In this document: positions 22,883 to 36,472 of the stretch, piece by piece
Layout of the letters: every line of letters begins with the position of its first letter
Numbering within the stretch: position 1 is the first letter of the stretch
Source: Oopsacas minuta
Lineage: Eukaryota > Animalia > Porifera
Reading direction: 5' to 3'
Assembly: GCA_024704765.1 (NCBI GenBank)
Contig: JAKMXF010000301.1
Span: forward strand, 1 to 64,000
DNA: 64,000 nucleotides
The notes under the pieces: model-generated
What the model was told of the DNA's origin: nothing
Databases searched by the model: none
The model's input: the letters and a program-made list of their open reading frames with translations, nothing else
Program-made: the position numbers and the translations under genes

Positions 22883-25330
22883 TGTCTGCGGCCTACATTT
22901 TCGACTAGCCGACAAATAAGGAATTATGGCCTATATAAGGATAAGGACTATATAAGTTTTATAAGGAACATAAAATGATTATTAAAAGGAATGTTATATT
23001 GCTACACTAGAGAAATTATCTACATATATGTGCATATCTCTAATGACAACTATAACACTGTGACAAAGTGCCAAATTTTCATTTGTTTTTATCTGTAATT
23101 CTTTTCTTCGTCCTAAAATCATTAAAGCTCCATTTCCTATTATTAGAGGGGCGGCCTTTGGATCGAACACGTCTAGGATTGAGGATTGTTGCGATACTTG
23201 GAATAATTGCTCCACTTTCCTGTGGTATAGGTTTTAGCAATTGCTCATAAGCGAAAAAGCTGAATGGTCAAGTGATGCAAGATGAGCAATGTTTATAAAT
23301 TCTGTTATTAGCATGTTATACATTTGTTAGGATAGGATTATTTTGATCATTATTTTCTTGTAATTCTATTACATTGTGACTCCCAATGCTATAGATATTG
23401 GAATTGTGATCTGCTTGATTCTCTATCTATTACGAGACGATATATTAATAGTTGAAAGAAGACAAGGACACAACGTTAATAATTTGGCGACTCATTACGT
23501 AATTCTGATATAACCGAGTGCGGTTGCAAGAATATCTGTGCTGTATCGAATGGCTGCTTAACTTCCAGAAATCGACAATATCTTTGTCGTGTATGTTATT
23601 TTCTCGTGATGATAAACAATAAGCATGTCACGACATGCTAAACCCCATGAAGATGGGAATAAATATTTGCAAGATGTCAACTTTGTCTTACAGCTGGACT
23701 TTGCAAAAATCTTCGATAACCCGAGGTCCAAAGATGTTAATTTCTCCTTATTGGTACCTCCCGAAAATCCTTCTCTTTCAACTAGAATAAAGACAAAATA
23801 CGTATTTGAATTAGCATAAATTAATATACGTACACTCGAATCTCTTATCTGGACTCCGATACCCGGGTACCTCCCTCAACCGGGCGCCACTTTTCCAAAA
23901 GGATTGAAATTAATTCGACCGTTTTCCATTTTCAGTAAATATTCCTTATAGTAAAGCTGTTTTACACGTACGTCATATTTAACACGTTTCTTTATAACTA
24001 AAATACATCATAACAGCTATATCCCTCCATATCGATATTTATCCCTTTGACTATAATTGGATCCAGAGTTGGAATCGGGGTCTGGTTTCTCGGGTCGGGT
24101 TCTGAAAGTGGACCCGATTCCAACTGATTGGCTCAGCCATAGTGTTAATGTTATTTCTCAGATTCGGGCAAATTCTGACTTCCGGGCACCTTACGGTCCT
24201 ATACTACCCAGATAAGAGAGGTTCCAGTGTACTATATTATTGCAACTTCTTCCTTACCTGAGTCTCTGACAATAGAGTTAACTTCACAAATCTTTTCTTC
24301 GCCAACGTTAAATATGGTATCAACACTATATTGCATGCACTGATCAATTTATGCTTTTACAATCGCCAGTGCAAATGGTGTTAACTTAAGGTTTCGTTCT
24401 ATCGGATGTTTAGATGAGTATGTAGCCATTTTAAGCGCTAACCGTACATGTCCTTCATTTTGTCCTGAAAGGGAAAGTGTCTTCCTATTTTCATCAATTT
24501 TATTCGCGAGATGTGTAAGAATATGTACATTTAAAAACAGTTTGATCGTTGAGTGAATGGATTCTGAACGTTGTATGGAATGGGCACCAAACGTGAGGTA
24601 TTTCCAGGTCCATTGTGATGCCATTAAATTCTCTTGCCATATAATACACGTAAAAAGTTGAGCAGAATGTAATCATTTCAGTTGGATGTTCGATTTCATT
24701 GTATCCAGTTAGAAAACATGAATTCAAATCGAGGAAATAATTTTGTGAAGCTATAGCTGCAAAATAGTCATCGGATTGATCGCTTGGTTCAGCCATGATA
24801 AATAGCTACGTTGTTTAATTGGCACAAATATACTGCATATTATCCGTAGATGGTAGGACTGAGTTACTGTGTCTCAATCAGAAAATGACCTTTTTGAACC
24901 CGAAATTCAACCAAATTTACCCAAAAATTGACAAATTTCAGCTCTTTTCGGATTCACAAATCTCCAAATAGACTTAGGCCGTGTACAGTTTTAATACATT
25001 AAGTATAATACGTAAACTTGTCAATTTGGGGCATATTAGACGTACAAAATCGCTTAACATGATAAAATGTGAATCATTCAATGTTGTTGGGACAAAAACT
25101 ATCATATAAATTAAAATAAGTGCAACAATATTTTCATACCTTTGTATGTTGGAAATATACTTTTTACCCTTCAGCATTACCACGATATTGATTAATAGGA
25201 AGTTAGAAAAATTCCTTATATGTCGGCTAAACCCTTATTTGTCGGTTTAATCCTTATTTGTCGGTTAAATCCTTATTTGTCGGCCATAATTCCTTATTTT
25301 TCGGCTAGCCGACAATGTAGGCCGCCGACA
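22883..25330 (-). mobile_element. FAR1/SWIM-type MULE, degenerate
   Basis: TIRs tgtctgcggcctacattttcgactagccgacaaataaggaattatggcc and its inverse at 25330, with 18-19-bp subterminal tandem repeats (ccttatttgtcgg). Internal minus-strand relics: FGAHSIQRSESIHS, SWIM-like SCKYLFPSSWGLACRDML (~23640-23690), NPRRVRSKGRP (~23150-23180). Confidence 0.78.
23833..24229. mobile_element. Tc1/mariner-type MITE nested in the MULE transposase
   Basis: TA|cactcgaatctcttatctgg...ccagataagagaggttccagtg|TA. Confidence 0.82.
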
Positions 25331-25973
25331 TATAAGTACTTCCATACATTTATTCGGACTACAATGAACGAATTTTCAATTATCGTGAAAAATATTATTG
25401 CTCATCACATTTAATAGACTTCAAGTAACCCATGGTTACAAATAGTATCAAGGCCTTATATAACGAAGGTCACTCCTGACTAAATTTCTGATAATATTTT
25501 CATTACAAATTTATGGCCACATTTTGCTCATTAAATAGATATGGCTAAGATATATTCAATTCCTAATTCGAGAAACTAAATTATATCGAACAATTCTGAT
25601 GGCATATTTGAATTCTACCAGTCTGTGTTACTCCATTATGATATTTAGAATTGTGTAGAGCATTTTTCGTTTCATTTTTATCATTTAAATATTTGTGCCA
25701 CATGTAGCAGAGGTAGCACATCATTAGCATATTGGCACCAGAATGAAATACAGTAAAAATCCTTTTGATATTCTCTAAACTGACCTGCAAATATTTGTCT
25801 GGTTGAAAATATTTCAATTATTGCAACATTTTTAATCACATACGAAGTGGTGCAATCATATTTGATATGCATCACTTGTGGCAAAAATATGAAAAATGCT
25901 GATAGTAAATAATATGGGCAGCAAACTTTCGAAATCTTATACTGGAGTGACACAGACCTGTATAAGTCAAACA

Positions 25974-28544
25974 TAGGGTTCTCGCCAGGATTATGTAATA
26001 GGGGGTGCACCGTACACACTCTGTTCACAATACGCGTTAAAATGCACCCTTAAGGAATGAAGATGTATACTGCCCGTTTTTTGGGTGAATTTATGACATC
26101 GAATTACTAGGCTATTATACGGTATCACGGGATAATTCTACTAGAAAAAGAACTTTCTTAATTAGGGTAGTGCGACTGTTTTAGATTATTTAACTGCGTG
26201 ATTTAGAGCTGAATCCTGATATGCCGCTAAAAAAGCTCAAGCTTTCTGAGGGCCAACAAAGATTGGGGCATGAATTTCTTCACATCACAAGAATCTATCG
26301 AGCCGAACTCTGATACTGATCGTCCCTGCTCTGAGTCATCTTCTTTTGTAAAATTGGATGCGGGTTCTTTCGGTGAGTCTGAGTCCTCTGGCTCAAGACG
26401 TGGTACTACAACTTCCTGGAGATCGTTTGGAGAGTCGAAATGGCGTGATGTTTATCCGTAGTTATTGTTGAAAGAAGATGGCCATTACTGTCAGTAATGT
26501 ATCCACAATAAACATGAAGTTCGAAGCCGTTCGGGAGTGTTTATTACTATGCCATTTACAGGAAACAGACCTGACAAACTTGGGAGACATGAGTCGTGCA
26601 AAGCTCACGCAGATAGTCAGATGGTTTATCAGGAGTGGAAGACAGAGTAGCAAATAAATCTACTGTAATAAGCATGGTGGAAAGAAGAAACACACTGACA
26701 GTAGACGAATTTGCCTTCTGTCATGCTATGCGTTGCATGTACTATCTCAACAAACATGAAATAGCCCACACCACAAATTTTTCAGATCTGAGAGTGCTGT
26801 GTATACTACTAGGTAACAAGAGTCTATCAGTGCTGAAACAATCTGGCAATACAAACTATGAATCCGAGCAGATAATGGGAGAAATAGTTGAAGTGATAGG
26901 CATAACTCTAGAGGAGGAGATTCTCAGTGAAGTAAATAAATCGCGTTTTTATTCTATCATCCTTGTGAGGCTACAGATATATCTGTGACTAAACAGCTTG
27001 GTATTAGTATTCAGTATCTGGATAATAATGCAGTTGTTCGCACCAGGAATCTAAAATTGCTAGAAATCATCCATGGAACAGCAGATGTAATTACAGAAGC
27101 CGTGATTTCCTACCTAACCTCTAAAGCACCAGTTACACTTGATATTAGCAAGCTAGCAGGTGGTGTTACTGATGGAGCCTCAGTTATGGTGGGATGTGAA
27201 CATGGTGTGGTGACTAGAATCAAGCAAGTAGTACCTACATTCATCGCTACACACTGTAGTGCACATAGGTTATCTCTTGCAACCTGTGATGCTTGTAATG
27301 CATCTACAATCATCCAAAGATTCCAGCGAATTCTGAATCAAATCTATGTCTTTTTTTCAGGGAGTCTGTGCGTACTTCAGAATTTGTGAGATGCAAAAGG
27401 CACTGAATGAACCTCATTTGAAGTTACAACGCCCTACAGAGACAAGGTAGCTGTCACATCAAGGTGTAATAGATGCTCTTCGAAGAACCATAAAGGCTGT
27501 ATATGCAACGTTATAGCATGAGGCTGCTGAGGGAGAAGCAACTGCCCATGGGCTTTGCAATGAAATTGTAAACCCTACATTCATTGCATCACTACTGCTT
27601 CTCTCAAACATTCTTGCTATACTGGGGAACCTTTCTCGAACATTCCAGCTAGCACAACTCAATTTACTTGCTGTGGAGCAGTTAGTTGAGGATGCTAAAG
27701 TAGCATTATGTGTGATTAAAGAAAATCCTCTACGTGGTGGATATATGATGGGCCTAGAAGCAACAATGAAAGAAATTGAAGTTACTACTCCACTTGAAGA
27801 AACTAGCTTTATTAAGAATGCCAAATCATACATTGGTGCCATCATAACTAATTTAGAGGATAGGTTTCTTCAAGTTAGAACACTCACGCTGCTTGGATAC
27901 TTTGATCCACGAAATGTCCAATCTGCTACTCAAGTTAACATGTTGGAGATTGGAGATACATTACAGATCGACGGGCATAAACTTTGGCAAGAGTACACAG
28001 GATACAAGTCGTTTGTTCAAAGCTTGCCAATGCCTTGGAGTATGGAGTTAGCTGCTCATGTTATGCATTCCCTACCAAACAGAGAAACGATGGCAGTAGC
28101 ATATCCACTAATTTCAAACATTTTGGGACGTATTGCAGTATTACCTGCATCGAGTGCGCAGGTTGAAATACTTTTTTCTACTATGAAAAGGATTAAATCT
28201 GCACAGAGAAACCGTTTGAAATCTAAAACATTGGATCACCTTATGCGAATTTCTATTGAAGGTCCCTCTATCCAAAACTGGGACCCATACTCAGCTCTAA
28301 GGAAGTGGGAATCTATGGGTAATAGGCGAATACAGATTTCTCGATCTCATGATTCTCATCATTCGCATACTAGTGACTCTGAATACTGAATTAATACTAT
28401 TATCTTATTATCATATTATCATTTAGAATTTTCATAAATATCCAATGTATAATTTATAGTGGAATACTATATTGGGTATATTAGGTGTGTTGTACACAAT
28501 AGAGGGGTACTGCGCCTCCCCAAAAAGGCTTAGCGAGAACACTG
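25974..28544 (+). mobile_element. hAT element, ZNF862-like transposase, degenerate
   Basis: Ends tagggttctcgc.../...gcgagaacactg with a decayed 8-bp TSD (gtcaaaca/gttgaaca). Fragments include SRFYSII, TDGASVMVG, HCSAHRLSLA and the dimerisation motif LPASSAQVEILFSTMKRIK. Confidence 0.88.
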
Positions 28545-29835
28545 GTTGAACATGCTATCAGAATCTCATTTGAGTTTTGTGCACTTAGCAATTGAATATG
28601 TGATTTGCTCATTATCTATTAAGTGAGCTAAGTGTGGCTAGAAACATCTAATCATACTAATATTCATGGATTAGGTCGGGATAATGTTTACTAAGACAGT
28701 CATATAGTTCTTACATGTATATTATGGTATGGATAATACAAATCTTCCGTCTAGCCAGGATATGTAATTGTACATTAAGTTGTGTTGAAATAATTAGGCT
28801 CGTTTAGTGTTGATAAAATTGACACCATTCTTTAAATTTTCTCATCAAACCCCACCAAAATCTTTGGATATCTTTCGTATCTACTACTTCCCCAGGTTCC
28901 CGGTCCTAAGTGTGATGTGAAAACTGAAAAAGTGATGGCTACGTAATTAGAAGTCAGCTCTGATAGTGAGATTGTTGATTGTGAATCTGGAGAATTTATC
29001 TCGAAATAATAGAATACGATATTTTGTGTATGTTACTGATTCGATCCATGGAATGTCATTATTCAGTAATTGGACGAATTTATGTTCTAAGTTCCATTAT
29101 GCAACGCGTGTTTTGAAGACTATTATTGGCCGAAAGGGATCATAGCCGTAAGATAAAGATTTTCTTTCGAGTTAGAGCAGAGTATAAGTTACCTGATTCT
29201 ACAGCTAGTGCATAAGTATTTATATTGAGGAAAAGATTTTTTAGATCGAGTAATAGCGAAGTTTTATTTAGAAGTATTCCTTTCAACACAGCATACAGAT
29301 TGTACAAGTGCTTATAGTCGTTAATCTATCTTAAAGCGAGCGCAGAAATATGGAAGGTTTAGATAATTTTTCAGTGAGGATAGTATTTAATAAGTAATTC
29401 AATGATTCTGACAAACAGGATAATTTTATTCAGCAATTAAATTATAATCCGCGGAATGTTTAAGGAAAGTTATATACTAAATGAAATCTGCTACTAGGTT
29501 TTCTAATTGACACATAGAAGATGTAGCAGCTACTCATCAGTACTTCCCTCATCTACTCCCTGATTCTCCTTTTCCAGGATATGTTTAGTAATTCGTGTAA
29601 GATCAATTTGTAAACATATCACATATATAATTCTAAACAATAGAACTCTTATGATTATTTAAGGGCCATTCTGTGTGAATCGTATAAAATCATTTGTAGA
29701 GCATATCTATACTATACTATAAGGTTAAAGCCTATTATTAGATATTTGAATAATACTATACTAGTAGAAAATATTCTATCACTAGACTTTGATTTTAACT
29801 AATATATAATTTTTACTGTACTGACAATACTTTAT

Positions 29836-29932
29836 TATAGTGTCCCATTATTGAAATGGGTGCCTATATTATTCTGTGCCCGACTATTCTTTAGTATAGT
29901 GTCCCAGTATTGAAATGGTTGCCTATATTATT
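29836..29932. repeat. Two ~38-bp direct repeats, 59-bp period
   Basis: tatagtgtcccattattgaaatgggtgcctatattatt / tatagtgtcccagtattgaaatggttgcctatattatt. Confidence 0.75.
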
Positions 29933-31037
29933 ATTATTGTTTTGTCCGTGAAAGCCCTGTACACAAAACTGGATAAAATTATAGTGATATATGGTGTGAG
30001 AACTATTGAAGATATTCGTTAGGTGTGCTTCTTCCCTTTGCTGATCAATCGGACACCAAGTGTCACTCTTCACACTTTTGTCTGGGCTCTAGCAAAAAAT
30101 TATGAAAGGTGCCAACTTTTTACACCTTTCGAAAGAGAAAAAACTCTTCTAGAATTTTTATATTTTTATTTGGTTTAGTTTTTTGCCTGAAAGTAAATGA
30201 AAATGTTCATTATATAGCAATATATCATCGGTAATCATTATATTGTTTTAGATGTTAAATAATTATTAGGTAAACAAAGGTAGTTCTTGTGCTGTATATA
30301 ATATGGATTATTGAATATCTAAATATAACGGTAGCTTAAGTATTTATATTATATTTATGAATAAAACATTTTTCATATTAACTATGGATCATTTAAAAGA
30401 TATGTATTTCCCGGAATATAAACGTTTGAATAATCGTAGAAGATTGTTCCCAACAGCATAAGGGGGTAATTCAATATGCTGATTTCAAATTTCACACTCG
30501 TGAATTATACCGATCAAATCTTCCTCAGTATTCCTTTCTAAGTTAACTGATAATTATTGTAAACAAATTGAACATCATATGGACTGGATAATCGCAGTAA
30601 ATTGTCAATATATTGTGTGATGGATTTGAAATCCTCGCTTCGCTCGGAAAGAATATAAAATTACAACCTGTGCCTACAGTTTAATCTATGTAATCTTTAA
30701 AAGTGGCAACATGTGTAATGAGATTAAAACTAACCTCTCATGGTGCATCCAATTAATAGTGCCACTTTTTTAATTGCTATTTTGAAATTCGTCATATTTT
30801 GAATTAATTTTCCTTGATTTTTTCACCAATGTTCATTCTATCTCCTTACTTTTGAATGAATTAAAGTATTCTATGTAATATACTAGAATCTCCTAACAAT
30901 GCAGACCAACTTTGCTTTCGACTTCACCCACCTAGTGTATATATTGATTGATATACATTCTACAAAAGTCAATATACTTTGCCACCTACTCCACGGCCCC
31001 TCAAAAATCAAAGATTTTCAAAAGATTCGATCCTCGT

Positions 31038-31843
31038 CAGAGCCGGATTAGACTCAACAGTGGACCTACATGTACAGTAATCAAATGGATAACAGATGTT
31101 GTATGTTGTTAGTATAAATTTACATAGTTTCTAGATACAATTTCAAAAAAGAAAACTTGCTAATGATATTTTGGAAGACATCGTGTTGGTTGCGTCATTT
31201 CATTGAACATTATAGTAAGTACATGTAAGTGTATTTTTCATATTTTGCACAAAGAACTGGTCTAGAACCAATCTTTCTTTCTGAAAATATTATTTATGCA
31301 GGGTCTACAGGTGGTCCTCAAAATCTCAAATTCAATTAAAGTCAGGACGATTGATGCATTAATAGAAATTATTCTGAGAGTCTTTATTATTATACTGCTA
31401 TTATCATCGGTCTCTCTCTCCGTCTGTTTGTCCGTTGCCAAGGGTATTATTTGTGGAATGATGTATTGAATTCTAAATTCTCAATTCTGAGATGTCGCAT
31501 AGTTAATCATTTATCGGGGCTTCCAGAAGTTAACAGAATTCAATAAATTAGACTATAAATATAGAATATGTTGAATAAGATCTTACACTATCAATGAATC
31601 ATGTAAATTAATTTGATATTTTTATGAATATATGGTAAACAAATTTCTAAGTTTTGGAAACTTTGTTTCAACGGTTTTGTAAGTATTAGTATGTAGACCT
31701 ATTTAAGCACAATAGTTACGTAACTTCCAGTTTGGCAACACAATATTGAAGGGGTCGGGTTGGATATGGCATTGCTCCGGGTCACGGACTTGTATGGGGC
31801 CTTTCGCCAAGGTGTAATTGGCTTGTTGGCCATTACGGCCCTG
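31038..31843. mobile_element. Non-autonomous hAT element
   Basis: Perfect 8-bp TSD atcctcgt on both sides. Termini cagagccgg.../...cggccctg. Non-coding interior. Confidence 0.88.
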
Positions 31844-32805
31844 ATCCTCGTAATGAATATTTTATGGAAATAGGTAATATTTGTATTACCTCTGTTGAAT
31901 ATACCTGTATATTGTTTGAATCACATATAGAATTCAATAGTATTCTAGTCTATTAGCCTTAGATAGATATTTACCGAAACTGACTCCAGGTGTCCCTAAA
32001 TGACCTTTATCACCTGAGACTAGCTATCCTGGCTGCCAAGAGTCAGTAGGAGTGAAAACTAATCATAATCAGTACTAAAGGAACCCATATACACAAAAAG
32101 TGAAAGATGAGACAAAATCCAAAGCAAGGGTTGAGTAGCCTTAAGATCGCCTATCAATTTCCTTAAATGTTAATATTGTTTGCATCCGTGTACAGCTCAC
32201 GTAGTGTATAGGATCAGTTACAATTAAAGAATGTTATAAAATTGATAAAAAGATCAATATAATAGTAATGCATGCTTTTTGGGTCAACATTAAATTGTAA
32301 AAGTTGTATGAAATTGACAGTTTTTCTGAATAATTTATGATTATTTTGTTTGGAAAAATTATCAATTGAGGATTAGAACAAATTTCCAGAATTCGACATG
32401 TTTGTTAAGGGTACTATAAAAATATCTAATTAAATACGAAAGAATTTTAGGGTGAATGAACTATAAAATTTAATGCTGTAACTTACAGGCAAATACAACC
32501 TTTGGTTGGTATTTTGAAAAGATTTATGAGAATAAAATATCCTTGATATTGGAGTTAGTGCATTGAAACCTAGCGCAAGTAAAAGAAAATAGTACTGTTA
32601 CTATCCTGGAATAATTGATTTATATTGACATATTGTATGCCATTATTACCTTTATGGAGTAGAATACTTTTCTGCCTAAAAAATACAGGTAATATTTTAG
32701 CAGACAGCAACCCTAGTCTTGAAAATTGGTTCAGAAAAGTGAAGCCCAGCAATTATACTTCTAAACAAGATTGACAGCAGCTGATTTCATTGTATCAATA
32801 TATTA

Positions 32806-34049
32806 CAAGGGTTGTTCATTAAATAATGAGACTAAATTGTATATATATTGATTTAAACCAAAAGCTATAAATAGTCCGTGTCATATTCCCTATTTAACTC
32901 TATACATCTTAACCATCGTCTCGGTAGCTTTTCTTGCCCAGTGGTATATAATTCTTTAGGGGTGCCTATTTGGCTCGAATTGGACTCTTCATCTCTCCGA
33001 ATAACCTGTACTCGCTGTGAACCACATCTGTACTATAAGGAGGTGAGGGAGGCATTCGAAACCTAGGTCGTGAATTGCATCCATTGTTTTGGAGCTTACA
33101 TGGGGCATTGTCTGGTCATATTGGAGTAGCACGCCAAATGTGAACTTGCCTCGCCTCTCATGCTTAATATCTTTGCCCAATTGCTTAAATTCTTCGATGT
33201 AGTAATTACTGTTGATGGTGATCTTCTCTGGTAACCGATCAAGAAGTAGAATCCCTTTCATATCGCAGAATACCCTGACAATCCTCTTTCCAGCTGATCC
33301 TTCACTTTCATGGGTACAGGTACATGGCGCCTTTTCCATTGTTTCAATTGACTTTTACTTCTGGTTCATAATAATGAAACGAGGACTCATCACCTGTTAC
33401 GATAAAATCCGAAAAGTTAATATCTTGTACATTGACACCAATTTCTTGCTAGTTTTAACTTACTCGCGTTTTTGTTCATTTGAAAGAAGTTACGGGACCC
33501 ATTGCGCAGCAACCTTCGACATTTTAGATCTTCCGGTATAATCGAGTGTAGTGTGGTTATGAGATTACCTACACTTTCTTCTAAATCTCGAAAAGTTATT
33601 CGCCTATACCTATCCAACATCCTATGAACTAAGTCAATTTGTTTACAGTTCCGGAAGTGGTCGGACGACCTCGGCGGACATCACCATGGAGGTCCTCATT
33701 ACAATTTTCAAATCCTTTGATCTACTTGAATATGGTGGATTTTGAAGGCCATTTATAGCCGAAACTATTGTATATTTCATTAAGAATATGCGAGCCTGTA
33801 TTCCGTTTTTCCATACGAACAAAATTTTCTAACGTTTCCCATCGTTGCCAACATCCATTACTTGAAAGAGTACTCATCACGATTATCGTTGGAATTTGAA
33901 AAAAACATAGAGCTATTATGAGAATGCGCATTATACATAAGATTGCCAATATAACAACTCTTGTAATGTAATAGTAGACATATAACAGCAATAAATACGT
34001 GGATACTGAAATCGATACATTAGTATCCTACCTTAATAGATGATCCTTG
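32806..34049 (-). mobile_element. mariner element, heavily degenerate
   Basis: TA|caagggttgttcattaa...ttaatagatgatccttg|TA. Relics include RGRPTT, VFCDMKGILL, NSNYYIEE and LGFECLPH. Confidence 0.8.
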
Positions 34050-36182
34050 TAAATGTAGATAGGATTGCTGCATTCAAATTTTCTTATATGTATGCATTAG
34101 CAAACAAAGTATTTATAACACGAAAATTGCAATTAGAAAATGAAGAAAATTGTAAGGAAAACCAACAAACAATCGAGAAAAAAATACCAGTTATGTGTTT
34201 CAATACCTGAGAAGTCCAAATATTAGTTTACCAGGTAAGGGAGTATATATATTTACATTTGTAGACCTTATAGAATTGAGTAATATAGATCACAAATTAC
34301 CCAGTTTCCGACCCTTTACATATGATGGACGAAAAAAATTTGTTAAATATATTGTTGATAGTAAATCGATGCTGAAAACTAGATTTGACATCATCCAAAA
34401 TCGAATGAACGAACACATTTCAACATGTTGTTGATAGGTAGACTTTTCTATGTTATTGATATGTGAATGGAAATTCACAAAACTGTCGATAGTGCGAATT
34501 GATTTTCAGTTTGTTGAATATGTCGAAATTATGGCTCTCTCGCTGGATCCAAACATGTTACGTATTTTGGGACTTAGTGCATTTTCAGGTATTTAACAGG
34601 TATAGAATGGCAATTTGTAAACATTACAAATTCACCCCTAGACCGATATAATGCTACAAGTAGCTACTTATTTGAATACTCATTTGGTCTTTGAAAACGC
34701 TTCACTTTGATAAAATGGATTACCAATTGGATAGTTATCGCCTGAGTAAAGGTAGAATGTTTGCAACTTCTGATGGATTCAAGCATAGTGGGCTAATAGG
34801 TTGAATTTGGTATATTTTTGACATGCTTAGATTGTTTAGATTTCATCATCATTATTTTCAGAATGCATTGTTTCCTAGAAATCCTAATTTTTGTGCTAGT
34901 GAGTCTTCAACTCATTGAGTTATGCTAAATACTTAAGAATGTAAATAATCAATTTTCGAAGATGCTAATTGTGGTTTCATATTCAATTCTATGTAATCAT
35001 TTATATCTTATTTTACCAACCGATTACTTAAATATTTTCCAAACATGGAGACATATTAAATATGTTAATATTCTAAATAGTAAAAATAGCTTCAAAAGTA
35101 GGTTATTTGTAATACAGCAGCTATTGATTGCAATCGAATTCTTGAGAGATATACAATTAGATGATGATCAAATTCGTATCATAGAAGTTGAATTATCATC
35201 AGATTTGGAGGTTGTGATGGGTTTGAGGTAGAAATAATATAGCCACGACTTTCGGTATCCTATTCATATTGAAGCTAAATCACAGAGAAGAATAGGCGGT
35301 AAAAGCTTGCAGACTTTGGGCCTAGTCTGCAAGATACTAAGTCAGCTCCAAACTTTTATACTGTTCTACGGAAATGCAACAAAATATGGCTTAACTGTCA
35401 ATTTAATCTATAATGTGTTGATTGGTCACCAATTAACACAAAATCTATAATAACAAATTAGCAAAATACATAAAAACCATAGTGGAGAAATAAATAACCT
35501 TATTGTTCAACAACACATGTCATCTATCAATTTGTAGTAAATGGCATTATGAATGGAATAAAATTTCCGTTGCAAGTAGCATTTGAGCAAGTAGAATATT
35601 TAATCTGCTTTGGTAAAGAGGATATCATGCCACAGGCCATATTCCTTTGTATTAGGTTGGAGAAGAAACATGCTGGCACAAAGATTCCATGGTTAGCACG
35701 TGGCCGCCCAAAAATGGCCCTAGTTGCATATATGGATCGTACTAGCCGGGGGATCGATAATTTCGAGTGTGAGAAGCAAATCAGTGATATTATCTGGAAA
35801 GAAACAAAGTCTGAGGTCATCCTTATCGCAATATCCGAGATGTGATACAAAGCGTTATGACGCTAACGGAATTTGTTGTACAAAAAAAGTAACAAATATG
35901 CTTTTGGATTAGAAAATAATAAGATAACAAAAAAGCTACTGAGTTAAGAAGTATAAATAAATGATATCCAGTGTTTAAACCAAGATATCCCAATCGCTGT
36001 GACCCAAGTGGCAACACTACTAGGTAAATATTCATGAATAATGGAAAATAGATATACAAAAAATATGCAGTCTAGGCCAAATCCAGATAATTATGAAATA
36101 TTACGGAAAATATAACTGGCTGAAAAATATTATGTAAAATCCGAAATTGTGGGCAACTATCATCAAAGAATCATTAAAGACA

Positions 36183-36472
36183 TCAAGTCTTGGAAAAAAC
36201 ATTCGAAGATTCGATCATCCGTGAAATTGAATTATAAGAATTAGAAAAAATTTCTGTTTGTTCAGCAGCATGTTCTGGATTATTTTCAAGGAGTAATTTG
36301 ATCTGTTCGTTATTATACTTTCTCTGATTCTCATTAATAGGATAGTTCAGGAGAATAAGCAGAGAGAAGCAAATCAGTATAAAAGGGACAGCTGTCATCA
36401 ATAAACGGATACTGATTTGGACAGAAGTTGATTGAGTACATTCCTTTGAATTATAATCAACCAATTCGAGAA
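36183..36472 (-). CDS. MFSD2: MFSD2-like lysophospholipid/sugar MFS transporter, terminal exon
   Basis: After a ttttag acceptor: (V)LELVDYNSKECTQSTSVQISIRLLMTAVPFILICFSLLILLNYPINE. This aligns with the MFSD2 last TM helix and the YPIxE motif, and its phase matches the donor at 47268. Confidence 0.88.

Noticed and set aside
28900-29590. Protein-like frame with many stops, suggesting stop-codon reassignment
   Set aside because: Stop density (about 1 per 10 codons) is what random AT-rich DNA gives, all three stops occur, and the real genes in the window use the standard code.
35306-35333. 10-bp stem hairpin as a Helitron 3' end
   Set aside because: Spacing to a CTRR end is atypical and no matching 5' end is evident.
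34195-36060. Short ORFs as exons of a host gene
   Set aside because: I could not assemble a stop-free spliced product or recognise a domain.
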